Assembly (NCBI GenBank): GCA_951406725.2
Contig: OX597818.1
Location: forward strand, 146,878,001 to 146,942,000
DNA: 64,000 bases
From: Octopus vulgaris
Lineage: Eukaryota
Direction: 5' to 3'
Shown in pieces: positions 1 to 13,264 of this stretch (positions are counted from its first letter, which is position 1; every line of letters starts with the position of its first letter). The position numbers and the translations under genes were made by a program. The notes beneath the pieces were generated by a model, which had not been told where the DNA came from, made no database searches, and saw only the letters and a program-made list of their open reading frames with translations.

Positions 1-130
1 ACCAGACCTGATAAGGTTTCTACAGCTGGATGCCCTTCCTAACACCAACCACTCCGAGAGTATAGTGGATGCTTTTTACGTGCCACCAGCATGGGAGCCA
101 ATCAGGCAGCACTGGCATCGATCATGCTCA
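1..130 (-). repeat. RTE-3'UTR-related short interspersed repeat (partial)
   Basis: tacagctggatgcccttcctaacaccaaccac...tttttacgtgccaccagc is the reverse complement of the sequence at 39860-39930 and relates to the 3' UTR repeats of the RTE LINE at 27.8-28.0 kb. Confidence 0.7.
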
Positions 131-422
131 AATATCTGGTGAATATGGAGGGTGGGGTAACACTTCCCAGCTGAGCTGCAACAATTTTTGTCTGGTTCCC
201 AAAGCATCAGGTACCGAAAATGAACTTTCTTATCTTCCATTTTAAAGGGTTACAGAATTAACACAGGTTATAGGAACATAAACCTTCTTCCACGAAAAGA
301 TAGCTTAAACTATGCTCTAAATGGAGGTGTATTCGAGTCCTATTTTATAGACTCTACCATGTTCTAAAATAAGTCGAAAGGTAAGCTACTATAAATCGGC
401 ACAAATTTTCCGGACAACCCAA
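131..422 (-). mobile_element. Non-autonomous mariner deletion derivative, truncated copy
   Basis: One TIR (aaatcggcacaaattttccggacaacccaa) followed by TA at 423-424. Minus strand reads MEDKKVHFRYLMLWE joined to the QKLLQLSWEVLPHPPYSP region. Near-identical to 57040-57328. Confidence 0.85.
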
Positions 423-589
423 TAATTTCAGTAACAAATCCACTTCTAATGCCATTGAACATTTTTAGTTCGATATTGAAGGAAAAATAGGTAGCATATA
501 TACAGTGGTGTTCAGTTAGTTGTAGAAATCTGTTGAACTGATCAGGGAATTAGAATTATCAGCATATGATTAACAAGTTTATTTCAACT

Positions 590-790
590 AATGAAAGAAC
601 CTGTACATAGTCACTTAACCTGCTAAAGAAAAATAGCCAAATCTCTCTCGAATCAAACCCTACCATCTTTGAAAAGAAAAACTAGAATCTTAAACTATAT
701 TATCCAGGGGAGCAAAGACAGACTTGTTACCACAGGAATCTCTTTTGTCATTAGTCCATTTAATCAAGTCTGGTCTGGGGTTAAATAACA
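590..790 (-). repeat. Old short interspersed repeat (family C: ttgtttagccccaggtcagccctgat...tatttctagcagg)
   Basis: The same degenerate ~200 bp sequence recurs at ~1210-1395, 8200-8330, 9440-9840, 19310-19490, 20720-20880 and 46938-47130. Confidence 0.55.
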
Positions 791-1944
791 CCAGCATTAC
801 AAATTTATTTCTCTCGACAAAATAATTAATTCTTCTCACATTAGGTTATAATTCTGAAAACTAGGTTACCTGCTGTTTCTTGTAAAGAGCCATAATATTC
901 CAGCCAAGGAAATTTTTTTTTTTTCCTCATACATTCTGACATTCGAGAAAATAAGTTCTACAAACTACTGTCATTGATGAAAGTATTAACATTTCCAAAT
1001 TTCACCTAATCACCTGTATTATAAGCAGCTTTTAATCAAAGGTGTTGTGTAATCACCTTATACACAAGCAAAATATCCACCTAGTAGTGGTGATGGTGGT
1101 AGATGTTTACATAAACTGAGTGTTTAACTTGGGATTGGGTGTTGCACATCAATCCATATATGGAACTTATCAGAGCAGCTGCAGAATAGACTGAATAACA
1201 ATGCAGGTAGCTTTATGCAAATGCTAGAAATAACAGTCAAATCTCTTTTCTTATCCCACACAATGATCATAGAAAAGAACAAGTTGTTCATGCTCTGGAT
1301 TCGTCGACTGTGGCTAAAAAAACAGGATGGTCACATTTGGAATGCTTATAATCATTAGTCTGCCTGATCAGAGCTGATTTTAGACTAAAAAACAATTATT
1401 GGTTACCTTTTTTCATTGTGATAGCTCAAATTGTTTAGCATCCACCCAGAGGGTAAAAGATATAATATAATCACTCTCACTTTGAAATATACATCCAGAT
1501 GTTGCACAGACATGACTCTTTGAGCAAATGTATAGCCTTGAGATGACCAAAGCCTTGCGAGTGAATTTGGTAGATGGAAACTGAAAAGAAGCCTCAGTGT
1601 GTGTGTGAGTATAGACAGTATCATGTCCAGAGGGAAGATTTATCAGTCAATTTGGCAAATAGAAACTGAAAAGAAGCCTCAGTGTGTGTAAACAGTATCA
1701 TGTCCAGAGAGAAGATTTATCTCTCTTCCCTACACTATGGAAACTGAAATTAAGTTCTCATTCAAGGAAGGCCAATGTTTTATTAAAAGTTTAGCCTTTT
1801 TTTATAAGATTTATAACTTAATAAATATAATTATCCATTAATTGATAATACTATTAATTGTTTCAAAATTAAGTACAAGGTTAGAAATTTTTAGGAGAAG
1901 CAGGGTTTAGTCAGTACCATCAACTCCAGTACTTGACTGGTCAA

Positions 1945-2265
1945 GCATAGATGTGTGGTAAGAAGCTTGCTTCCCAACCACATGGTTCCATGTTCAGTCC
2001 CTCTGTGTGGCACCTTGAGCAAGTGTCTCCTACTATAGCTTCAAGCCGACCAAAACCCTGTGAGTGTGTGTCATTGTTTGTCCCCGCATCACTGCTTGAT
2101 AACCAGTTTTGGTTGTGTTTACATCCCTGTAACTTAGTGGTTTGGCAAAAGAGACTGATAGAAAAAGTACTAAGCTTAAAAAATAAGCCCTGGGGTCAAT
2201 TTGTTTGACTAAAACCTCTAAAGATGGTACTCTATGGCCACAGTCAAATGACTGAAACAAGTAAC
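1945..2265 (+). mobile_element. tRNA-derived SINE, family A
   Basis: Head gtgtggtaagaagcttgcttcccaaccacatggttcc-ttcagtccc (pol III A/B-box-like), body ccttgagcaagtgtct, tail cagtcaaatgactgaaacaagt. Many copies in the window. Confidence 0.8.
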
Positions 2266-2289
2266 AGAGTAACCTAGGAATGAGGTGTT

Positions 2290-3330
2290 AGATTCCTGAA
2301 GGACGCTATCTTGTCTGTCTCTTCTGCAGGTGAGAATGTTGAAGTTGTTGACTGTTTCACTTGACTTGGCAGTGTGATCCAAAGCAGCATCAGCTGTGAG
2401 TACAAAGCCTTAAAAAGACTTAAAAATGTACTGGTGCAGTTGTGAACTTCATTGGACAAGGGTGTTTGGTGCTGTTACTATCTGAGAGGAAGGACATAGG
2501 TTCAGGTCTTAAGGCCTCTGGTCTCCCTGACTTGCTCTCTATTTGCAAGACTTGGACAGGAACTACCTGAACTCTTCTGGTACCAGGATGTTTTGTAGGA
2601 TTGACATGTCCCTTAACCTCTTAGGGGTCATTGAGGTGCTGCAGCCATGTAATGTATCTAAAATAAGAAAGTCCGATTAAGTCCATCCCTCTCCAGGCTA
2701 AACTCATTTCAACAGCTGAGTGTATGGGAGCAACCTGAAATGAAGTGTTTTGTTCAAGAACATAGTGGTTTGCCCGGTCCAGGGATCAAAACCACAATTT
2801 TATGATCACGAGTCCAATACCCTAACTACTAAGCAATGTGCTTCCACTAGTGGTAGTCATTTCTACAGTTGAGAGGACTGGAAAAATGTGAAGTGAAGTG
2901 TTTTGCTCAAGAACACAACACATCACCCAATCGAGGAAACGAAACCACAATCTTACAATCGTGAGTTCAACACCCTAACCACTAAGCCACGCACCTCCAC
3001 TTCATATAATTATGGGTTACCATTAGTCAGATTTCACATCCAACCAACAATTATACTCAGAGACTGGAATGCATCCTGTTACTTGTACGATTCAGATGCA
3101 TCAGTTCAGATAGTTCGGTCATGTTGCTCAATTTTCCAAATTGGATCCTGTGTATCATGTTTGCTTTTCCGAGGATCCGCCTGGGGTAACACCTTGTGTT
3201 GGTCAACCACATGTCACATGATCACAACAGATGAAGAAATATCTTGCAGAGATTGGAAGTGACAGCAAAGCTGCTTGAAAGGTTACTCAGGATGACCTGA
3301 ACCATTACTGACAAATGGCACATGCCCCCC
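2290..3330 (+). pseudogene. Decayed RTE-type LINE ORF2 3' portion, interrupted by SINE pieces at ~2640-3000
   Basis: Reads GENVEVVDCFT*LGSVIQSS...SLDKGVWCCYYL...VQVL, then SDFTSNQQLYSETG...FGHVAQ. These are post-RT motifs of RTE-clade LINEs (F.YLGS, L.WFGHV). Confidence 0.6.
2690..3000 (-). mobile_element. Two fragments of a tRNA-head SINE related to 13265-13595
   Basis: ctcatttc..cagctgagtg...gtgttttgctcaagaacacaacac...ccctaaccactaagcca occurs twice and matches 13460-13595. Confidence 0.7.
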
Positions 3331-4100
3331 CATACCTGACCTAACCCTGGAAGGATGAAGGACAAAATTGACGTCAGTGGGATTTGAACTCAGAATATAA
3401 AGGGCTGAAACAAATACTGTACAGCATTTTGTCCAGTGCTCTGATTCTACCAATTTACCTCTTTGATTTTATACAACTGATAATGCAAAATTATTTTGGC
3501 CTGTTTATCACTACAATTTTTTAAAAATTCTTTGTTCAGTTCATATGTTTATTCATCAACTTCAACTCATTTGCAGTCAGAATAATGAAAACAGTAACTC
3601 ATTATTGTCTGAATTCTTCAAATGTCACTCTTCAAAATACATACCATTCCTCCTTCTCAATTCAGCGCACAATATTTGTGATTCAGTTGAATTGTTGTGA
3701 CATAGTTCTTTTGATCTTGTCAGTTTGATGTGTACCTCATAAACAAATTCCTTTTTGTGTGTGTGTCTTTGTGAGTATGTGTGTGGAAACAAAGAAAAGA
3801 TTAAATAAATATAAGCTAGAGTCATTAACATGAAGTTTTAAAATGTTAACATAAACCTTTTGCTATAATTTATATGTAACTCACACCTTCAATTGGTACA
3901 CATACATACACTCGTACATAAAAGCATACTTATATATACATGCACAACCATACGAGTGTGTGTGTATATTAGTTCCATCAACATACTTTCAATCTGTAAT
4001 ACTGTATTATTAATGCAATTCAAATATTGAATCTGTCGTAAATTAATTTTGACTGAGAAAAAAATTAGCTATTATGGATACATGTGTGGCTGAGTGAGTA

Positions 4101-4325
4101 AGCCGGCAACCAAGGGAGCAAGCCGGCAACCGAGGGAGCAAGCCGCCTTCTAGAAGGACCACAGCATGATTGACAATATATTTACTCTAACACACCTGCT
4201 TGAGCAAGCGAATGAGTACAAGCTGCGTCTTTGCGTTGCGTTTGTAGACTGTGAGAAGGCCTTCGACAGCATCGAAACGAATGCAGTGATGAACTCACTG
4301 CAGGGGCAAGGAGTCGAGGTGCAAC
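4101..4325 (+). pseudogene. RTE-clade reverse transcriptase fragment
   Basis: REQAAF*KDHSMIDNIFTL...LCVAFVDCEKAFDSIE...LQGQGVE (RT motifs Q.GF, F.D..KAFDS). A 20-bp tandem duplication sits at the 5' edge. Confidence 0.75.
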
Positions 4326-4339
4326 GCTTTCAATTCTTA

Positions 4340-5223
4340 TTTCATAACATTAAATCAAACCCAAAAGCCTTCTTTCATTACGCGAAAGAAACAGCCTCAG
4401 TACGCTGCAAGATAGGACCCCTCTTCCAAAAGGATGGCTCCCTCACAGATAGTCCAACTAAGATCAGTGAGATACTGAATGACCAGTTCAAACAAGTGAA
4501 CAAACCAGTGGACTTCTTTGCTGCCTCACCTATAACCAGCGAGGTAGTTATGATGGAATACATTAACATTAGTGAAGAAGATATACTACTAGCCATAGAT
4601 GAAGTGGACACAGACTCAACTGCTGGTTCTGATGGTTTCCCAGAAATCCTCCTCAAATTGTGTAAGCATGCCCTGGCAAAAGCCTTCCAGATTTTCTTCC
4701 AGAGCTTTCTTGCAAATGGCAAACTGCCAAGCATGCTGAAGGAGGGAATAATATGCCCAATCCATGAAGGGGAAAGCAGAGAAGATGCCAAAAGCTATAG
4801 GTCTGTCTCTCTGACTTCACACATCAGCAAAGTCATTGAACGGATAGTAGAGGGAAACTAATCGCATTTCCAGAATCAAATACTGTGTGTGATCTTGGAA
4901 TAGAAATGAGCAACAATACCTCATTTCACACACAAATCAAGAAAATGGCAGCAGTATCCAGAAGACTGGCCGGTTGGATTCTGAGAACCTTCCGGACAAG
5001 GTATCAAGAAACTATGATGACACTATGGAAGTCATTTATCCTCAGCCAACTGGACTACTGCTCTCAGCTATGGTCACCTTATACTACAAGGACGATAGCA
5101 GAGCTTGAAGCAGTCCAGCGACATTACACAAAGAAAATTGCATCTATGAAACAATTGAGTTACTGGGACAGGTTGAAAGAGCTGCGACTCTATTCCCTGG
5201 AACAAAGGTGGGAGAGGTATGCA

Positions 5224-5272
<49 letters not shown>

Positions 5273-5470
5273 AAGATACGGGAAGGACTGGTACCAAACT
5301 TTGGAATAAAGAGCTATACCAGACCACAACGATGTACTGCAATAGCTTGTGGTTTCAAGGGCCCACAGCTGTTTAACTGTCTGCCAAATCATCTGAGGAG
5401 CTTCCATGGAGTGGATGTAGATATTTTCAAACATGAACTTGACCTCTGGCTTGCCAAGATCCCAGAAAGC
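4340..5470 (+). pseudogene. CR1-group LINE ORF2 remnant with most of the RT core deleted
   Basis: NIKSNPKAFFHYAK..IGPL..SEILNDQF, AGSDGFP, YRSVSLTSHISKVIERIV, then a jump at ~4860-4885 to CDLGIEMS...LDYCSQLWSP...LEAVQR...RLKELRLYSLEQR. A (TA)n tract is inserted at ~5228-5270. Confidence 0.8.
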
Positions 5471-5499
5471 ATGGAAAGCAGACATTAAATGATGATGAT

Positions 5500-5705
5500 A
5501 TATATATATATTTTTATACATATATATATTTTTTATTCATATATATATATATTTTTAAACATATATATATATATATTTTTATTCATATATATATTTTTTA
5601 TTCATATATATATTTTTTATTCATATATATATTTTTTATTCATATTCATATATATATTTTTATACATATATATATATATATTTATATATATATTTCTATT
5701 TATAT
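5500..5705. repeat. AT-rich compound minisatellite (tatatatattttttattca-like units)
   Basis: Directly visible degenerate tandem units. Confidence 0.85.
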
Positions 5706-5749
5706 AAAGTACGTAGATAGGCAGAGAAATCACAAATCCCTTCAGGTCG

Positions 5750-6111
5750 ATGTGTTGGGCCTCACATAAGCAAAGTAGCTGAGTTCCTTTCAAGAGTTGG
5801 GCCTCACAGAGGCAATGACTGAGACCATTGGCATTATGTCATGCTTGAGAAGACCCATCAAGCCAAGCAAACTCGCAGATGTGGTAGATGCTGGTGTCAT
5901 GAAAATTGGCACCTTTGCTGGAGTCATGAAAATGGCACCCATGCTGGTGGCACGTAAATGCAGCCATTATGCTCTCAGAGTGGTTGGTGTTAGGAAGGGC
6001 ATCCAACCATAGAAAATCATACCAAATCAGACTGGAGTCTAGTGCAGCCTTCCAGTGTACCAGCCCAGTGAAACCATCCAACCCATGCCAGCATGGACAA
6101 CGGATGTTAAA

Positions 6112-6115
<4 letters not shown>
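5750..6115 (+). repeat. RTE 3' end / 3'UTR-related repeat
   Basis: ttgggcctcacagaggcaatgactgagacc (LGLTEAMT, RTE C-terminus), then ggtggcacgtaa repeats and the aacccatgccagcatggacaacggatgttaaacgat terminus. Confidence 0.7.
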
Positions 6116-6146
<31 letters not shown>

Positions 6147-6406
6147 TACACACACACTCATTTATTCGATGTCAGTTTTTCTATGCAAGCACTGCTTAGA
6201 AGAATACTTATCACTGAGGCATTGTTTTATGATGACCAAATGCCCTTCTTAGTGCCAGCCTTTAACTGTTTTTCAAGTAGAGAAGCTTACATTTCAATCC
6301 TCTTCAAGAATGCAGGGCTATCAATTTAACAAGTGTGTTGAAAACATAACTCCATCAGCTCAACTCTGCAAAACATAAGCATTCTCTCTCTCTCTCTCTC
6401 TCACTT

Positions 6407-6467
<61 letters not shown>

Positions 6468-6559
6468 TATACACAGTTTTCAAACAAGAGCATAGTTCTA
6501 TAAAAATGCCAGCAGAATACAAAGAAAAAAATATATATTCCCATAAATTTATTATTAAT

Positions 6560-7260
6560 GCTGGAACACAAGAGTTGTCTCAGACTCAGATAGATTGGAA
6601 ATATGGATGAAATTCCTTTGACTTTTGATGTGCAGGCTAATCTAAATGAAAATGTAAAAGAGATAAGAGCAGGGACTGTTAAAACCATTGGGCATGATAA
6701 GGTTCACTACACAGCAGTTTTAGTTGGATGTGTTGATGAGACCAAACAACTGCCTCAGTTAATTTTCATGGTAAAAGCAATTATCAAAGAAAAACTGCCA
6801 AATGGCATTCATGTTATTGTACAATCCAAGAGATCAATATATGAAGGAGGCAAGATATGGTTGGTAAAAATATGGTCCAAGTGTCCCGGTGGTCTGCTAT
6901 GAACATAATCACTGCTCATATGAGATCAGTGTAATGCTCACAAGTCTGAAAGCATCAAAATGCTAGCAAAGAGGCTAAACACACTGCTGACAATAATTCC
7001 TGGTGGTCTGTCTTCCCAGTTACAGCCACTAGATATCAGCTTAATGAGCACTTCAAGAATGTCATGAGTGAGCAATTGAATAAATGGATGATGGAGAGGA
7101 GTTGTGACAGGAGGCCAACCGGAAAGATGAAACACCTGTCAATATGAGTGTCAAGGAATGCTGAACTTGTGATCTGATATTAAAACTAAAGTTATCCTTA
7201 AGTCTTTTAAAACATATGGTGTTATTAATGTTATAGATGGTAGTATAGACAACTTTTTGA
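6560..7260 (+). pseudogene. pogo/Tigger-like (DDE_1) transposase fossil
   Basis: MDEIPLTFD..KTIGHDKVHYTAVL..KQLPQLIF..WLVKIWSKCPGGLL, then DQCNAHKS..IIPGGLSSQLQPLDIS, with in-frame stops. Confidence 0.85.
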
Positions 7261-9439
7261 ATGAGACTGACAATAATGATAAAGATTCTTCTTATAATGA
7301 TTCAGAGCTTGATTATGAATTCAGCAATGAAAAGTTGTCATGACTTGAAAAACGAATACTATATTTTTAACTATTTTACTAGTAAAGGATTTTAGAGATG
7401 CACAGACTTTTGTAATTTTTATTTCCTTACCTGAAATTTTAATTTGTCTGATTTGTACCAAAGAACTTCTTTACTTTTTCTTATCAAAATAAATATAGAC
7501 TTTGATATACATATGCTTGTCTCTACAAATAGAACATATTCTTCATCGCTGTGATTTGGATAAAATCAAAAGACAGAGATTATAAATACTGCAGCCAATT
7601 AAATGAGTTGATGAGGGTTTATTGTATTAGAAGGTATCTGCATATTTATCAGGTTATTTATTAAAACATTGATGATATAATGACTGATAACTGGCTGGGG
7701 TTGGCTGAGACCTATTCACACAATTGAACTGTGTCTGATGGTTCATTGTCATCTACCTGGGATGGTTGACAGAAGTCATTGTCAGACACCACTATCTTGT
7801 AGGAGATCAGCAGCAGCAGATGTGGTATGATCACCATGGTGTGTTGTATGAATAATTTCAGAACAGTTTTGTACTACAATGATGCCTCACAGCTAACCCC
7901 CAGGTAGGTGAGCCTTGTCTGGCAATTTCACTCAACAACAAACATGAGCACTCCAGTTTTGTCTGATTAGAAATTTAGCATGTGCCCACTGACCTCTGCC
8001 CCATTATGTGGACAGGGCTTTAATGAGTATCAAAATTTTTTTCCTAGAATTATAATTTCCAAACTACCCAGTATGCATCTTCTGTGATGCAGCGTCTACC
8101 ATGCAATAGAATGTGATAGATGTGATCAACTAAAACCCTAATGTCATTAAAAAAGAAGGTGGTGGATAATTATTTCAAAAAAAAAAAAAGACTGATTGAT
8201 GAAAACTTAAATGTTGTTGATCATAGATCTGATTCATCAATTCTGACTTGGGGCTAAGCAACAAAGGAGTAAATAAGGAAGCCTCTATGTGTCACTTAAT
8301 CTTTTAGCCAAATGTCTCTTAAACTGCTCCTGTATGGCTGCAGTTCAGTGATTGAAATATGTAAAAGAATATTACAAAACAGAATCCAAAGAGATTGGTA
8401 GTGGTCTACATTGGCCAGATTTTCACTTTGCCATGCTAGCATGAGTTAAAACTGGAAGTTATTTTTTGGCAAGATTTTACAGCTAGATATTCTTTCTGTC
8501 ATCAATCCACACCTGTTTTTCTGGTGTGGTATTTTTATATTTAACAAACCTTTTAAAGCACAGAGGGACCCTTGATAATGTTGACATCAGCACCATTTTG
8601 CTCACACAGTAACAAAAACAACATGCAGATATTCGCTCACGCACACACACAATGGACTGAAATACAACTTCCACTCCCAAATTCATTCACAGGGCATTGG
8701 TTGAACTGAGGTAATAGTAGAAGACGCTCGCTTAACAACGTGACTCAATCCAAAATGATGTCATTTCCAGCAAACTTCTTTAACATAGCCATGTTTATGC
8801 CTATATTTCTGTTTGTTGAATGTTCTCAAAACTCAAATTAGATCAGACACCATTGAAGTTTGTTTATTGTTTTGCTCTCTTCAGTCTTTCATGTTCTGTC
8901 ACTGAAAATAAAAATAAGTCATGTAATTAAGTACTTCTCTTTGCAGGGAAACAGTTCTAGGTTCAATCTTACTGTGCACTTACTGGGCTGTTATCTGCTG
9001 TTGTAGCCTTGTGCATTGAGTTCCATTTTGTAGATGGAAATTGTGAAGAAGCCTGCCTTGTGCATGTATACAATGGGTGTCTTATGGATGGATCGATCAA
9101 TTGATCAGTATCTGTTTTTATGTTTACTGGTGTGTTAAGATGTGTCACTTTATCAGTATCTTAGTGATCCATTATAAAGATGGATAAAATAAGTATCATG
9201 CCAACATATGTACTGAGTTTGATATAATCATCTAAAACTCTTCAAGTTGCTACCCCAGCATTGTTTCAGTCCAGTGAGAGAAGTTCATCAAATCGAATAA
9301 ATCCTTCCACTGGCCTCAAATGGCTCATAAGAAGCTTAGGTTCACCAGATAAGAACTATATCTTCCACATTATCTTGAATAAATATTCCTAATGGTAGTG
9401 TACAGAAATGCATAAGATAGAGTTTGCTACCCAAAAGAG

Positions 9440-9840
9440 TCAGTGCCATTGCTCAACCTGCTAGAAATGGCTGTCAAATCTCCCTTAAACCATGTTATTA
9501 AGTCATTATAAAGGAGCATGTTGGATAATGTATTCCATAGTATTTAACTATATCTGGAAAGACTGATTGGTCAAAGTTTAAATGCTGTTGATCATAGGTC
9601 TGCTTTATCAATCCTGACTTGGGGCTAAAGAATAACAACCAAAGAGTAAATTAGGGAGCCACTTAATCTTTTAGAAATAGCAGCCAAACGTCTCTTAAAC
9701 TACATTGCATTAAAAGAGTGATGCATTGGACAATATAGTCCATGATACATATTGAAAAAGTGGGAATGATATTGATTTGAGTGTGTTTGATTGTAGGACT
9801 TCAGAACTTAGGTGAACCTGGGGCTAAAAAGCAACGACAA
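9440..9840 (-). repeat. Two head-to-tail copies of family C repeat
   Basis: The ctgctagaaat-gc...ctgacttggggctaaa unit is repeated at ~200 bp spacing. Confidence 0.55.
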
Positions 9841-10999
9841 AAGGCTAACCTATCAGCTGGTCATAGATTCAAATCATTACCACTCATCCAGTTTGCTTCT
9901 ACTGACTATAAAAGCTTACCTGATCTATAAAATCTGCTTAGCTTTCTCTTTAATATTTAAAACTACATTAATTATACTTTAATTACATCCAGGTTTGCTG
10001 TTTTATTTTCTAAATAGCTGAGTGTAGTTCTATAAATTAAGCTGATAATATGAGGAACATTGTTATTTTAATGGTAAATATATATGTGAAATAATATAGG
10101 TTAATGTTATGACAAAGTTATCAACCTTCAAATATTGTTAATAGCAGAAGAGGTAGGAGTGTGAGTGTTGGCAGAGATGGTAGTACACTAGCCTAAATTC
10201 TTTATATAGTAGTATCACAGTTTAGCCCTATATTCAAATGAGTTCAAATCCTTCCTAATGTTTTAATTTTATGCTCCTGCTTCAAATCAATAAAACAAAT
10301 GTCAAGAATATACCGAGGTCAATTCTGTTAATTACATGACTTCCTGTTCAAAAATTGGCCATGTTCCTAGTCTGAGGAAATCAATATTTGTTGTAAGAGA
10401 GTTGTTATTTTGGCACTGAGTGAGTATTGTCTAATTGGTACAATAAATACTAGATATTTCATGGCACTCTTTATCATAGAAAAAATGGTAGAATTGATTA
10501 TCCTTATAAAAACACAAAATTAAATTTTGGTCTATGGCAGATGTGTAGTTTAACTCCAATAGGTATCTATTCACTTTGTTTTCCATCCTAAGAACATTTT
10601 TCTCCCCCCCCCCACCTTTTTTACCTAATATACTGTGAATTTATATCTACATTTTCATTCAAGCAGATTTGTAAAAGACAAATTAGTTACTTTAGTGTAA
10701 ACAATATCACAGTCATCGTGGTGTCTGGTGCTTGGCAGATATAATAATAAATGATAATAATGAAATTATTGTATACAGTGCTCAGGTGCACCACAACTGC
10801 TCAGGTGCAGCCACAATATGTGGCTTGATTTCCGTGGATGTTTGTTTGCCCGTTTTCCCTCCAAAGGGCTTTTTTTTTTTTACCCGGTATATTGCAAGCC
10901 ATTTCTTATAGCTACATTTGCATTTGAGCAGCTTCATAAAAACCGCAAGACTTATTTTCATATTTTTTTGATGTTTCTAAATTATGATCTAACTATAAA

Positions 11000-11640
11000 C
11001 AAACTTCAATTATTTTGTAATTTGCTACTGTACTGCAAATATTCCATCTCAATTTTCTTTTTAATTTAAGTTTTTCAATAAGAGAATATTTCTACAGCCC
11101 TCTTACACAGACTGTACATAGCTTTAGAAATTAGTCCCCAAAATAAGGTTTTTTTTTAAAAATAATCAATAACCTATTCAATATTATAGAATTTTCAAAG
11201 AATTTAAGATAATCTAATCTATCACCCATTCTACAATATGGTGTTCAGTTTACTTTGCCTTTCATTCATTATCTTTTGATAAATATTGATTTCGTTTTGG
11301 AAAGTAGACAAATCGATCTCTTTTGACATTGATAAATTTATAACTCACACAGCTGATACAGACTGAGAAATACTTGAGTAGAAATAGTTTGGTGAAACCA
11401 GAGCTTTAGCAAACAAGGTCACTCAAGGTAGAGACACAGAGGAACGTCATTCAAAATGTTAAAACATGCTGATGAGGTTGACATGAGCTTTAGCCTTCAA
11501 ATCATGCTTGGCTAAGTGTCTAGCTGGATATATCATAACTGGGCCATACCTTGGTTTGTATATTATTCTATAAACAAGAAGACCTACATTTTTATTTTGC
11601 TTTATAAGGGGTGTGGCAAATTTGCAGAGTTATTAAAGAG
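11000..11640 (-). pseudogene. Possible Penelope-like GIY-YIG region fossil
   Basis: Minus strand gives CISCVSYKF...RFVY, resembling the CVIYKF.C...YIG.T motif. Heavily decayed. Confidence 0.3.
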
Positions 11641-12039
11641 TTGAATGAATTGACTCTGCAAAGAATCTCTTATCTATTTATTTAGAGGGACAAGCAAGAT
11701 GTCTTTGCAGTATCAGTTCTAGCTCTCTGCATTCTGACAACAATACCGACAATGACTCTGGTGCCTTGCTGTATCAGCTCAACTTTGTTGCCTTTCCCTT
11801 AGATAAATATTAGTGGCAGGGAGAGGGGAGACTTGCATCTAAAATACCTTACCCAGGCCTCTATGCATATGTACAGACAATATAAGAAGTTATTAGCATA
11901 GGGGTTCTGCAAAAAAACTGGATGACCAGCCCTTGATTGACCAAAGAATTTCTCAAGTCCTGATTCCTTGAGATAGTCTATGATAACTACATCAGTTCCA
12001 TCTCATTATGAAAGACTAGGTTGCTTGGTTTACATACTC

Positions 12040-12252
12040 TTTTACTCGTTTCAGTCATTTGACTGCGGCCATGCTGGAGTACCGCCTTTAGTTGAACAAA
12101 TCGACCCCAGGACTTATTCTTTGTAAGCGTAGTACTTATTCTATCGGTTTCTTTTGCCAAACCACTAAGTTATGGGGACGTAAACACACCAGCATTGGTT
12201 GTCAAGCGATGTTGGAGGAACAAACACAGACACACAAATATATACACACACA

Positions 12253-12292
<40 letters not shown>

Positions 12293-12466
12293 CACATATA
12301 TAGGATGGGCTTCTTTCAGTTTCTGTCTACCAAATCCACTCACAAGACTTTGGTCAGCCCAAGGCTATAGTAGAAGACACTTGCCCAAGGTGCCATGCAG
12401 TGGGGCTGAACCTGGAACCATGTGGTTGATAAGCAAGCTACTTACCACACAGCCACTCCTGCGCCT
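12040..12466 (-). mobile_element. tRNA-derived SINE, family A, near full length
   Basis: Reverse complement of 51908-52310, with an internal (TA)n/(CA)n tract. Confidence 0.85.
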
Positions 12467-13014
12467 ATGCAAGGACATCTGCAACGTCCTTGCAAATAAA
12501 TTTTAATTCTTTCCTGGCTTTCATGAAAATGAGTTTAACTTCATTCTCGAGAATAAGAAGAAAGCATTTACCAAACTATGAAACCTTGTTGGATGTGAAA
12601 GGTGCCCACTGTCTCAACCAACTAAGATTCAACAAAATCTGATATCTACTTAATCTTACTAGGTTTTTAGGCTTATCTTTATTACATTAATTCAAAGAAT
12701 TAGCGACCCAATTTCCATCAAACCATACATGTACATTTCAATCTCTGCAAAAAAATGTTGTCCAAGATACACTTTATCTGTAAAAGCAACTGATCCCTTA
12801 TGAATTCTTCTTGATCACAGATCTGCTCAACCAAGGCTGAGTAGATCTATGATCAAGACAACAATACATACTCCATGTATTCAGAGAGTCTCTGGTTTTG
12901 TATTAATTAGTTTATATTTTATTTCAAGCACTTACTTTTCACCATTTCAAATTAATGAATCGGTTATATTTCCATTTCAAATTAATGAATTGGTTATATT
13001 TCCTTCCAGTTTCT

Positions 13015-13250
13015 ACTGTTGACCCCTCTGTCCAGCATTCGCCATGATAGATCACTAGCCACTACACCTTCTTTATTTTCTCTCCTTGTTTCTTTCTGTG
13101 TTCCTTTCTGTGGAAGAGCGTAGGCTCGAAACGTTAAAGACTTTTTCACTTCCCGAGCATTAAAGACTTTTTCACTTCCCGAGCATTAATACATCTGTTT
13201 GTTGTCTACACCACCTATCTTCGTCTTTTGTTTTTTGTGAATTCTCCCTA
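13015..13250 (+). mobile_element. Penelope-like pseudo-LTR remnant with minimal hammerhead-like motif
   Basis: ctttCTGtgGAAgagc-gtag-gctcGAAAcgtt-aaag at 13104-13139, followed by a 25-bp tandem duplication. Confidence 0.5.
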
Positions 13251-13264
13251 CATATATATATATA

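Noticed and set aside
12942-13002. 30-bp tandem duplication next to a minus-strand GTAAGT
   Set aside because: The frames I translated contain stops. Looks like an ordinary slippage duplication.
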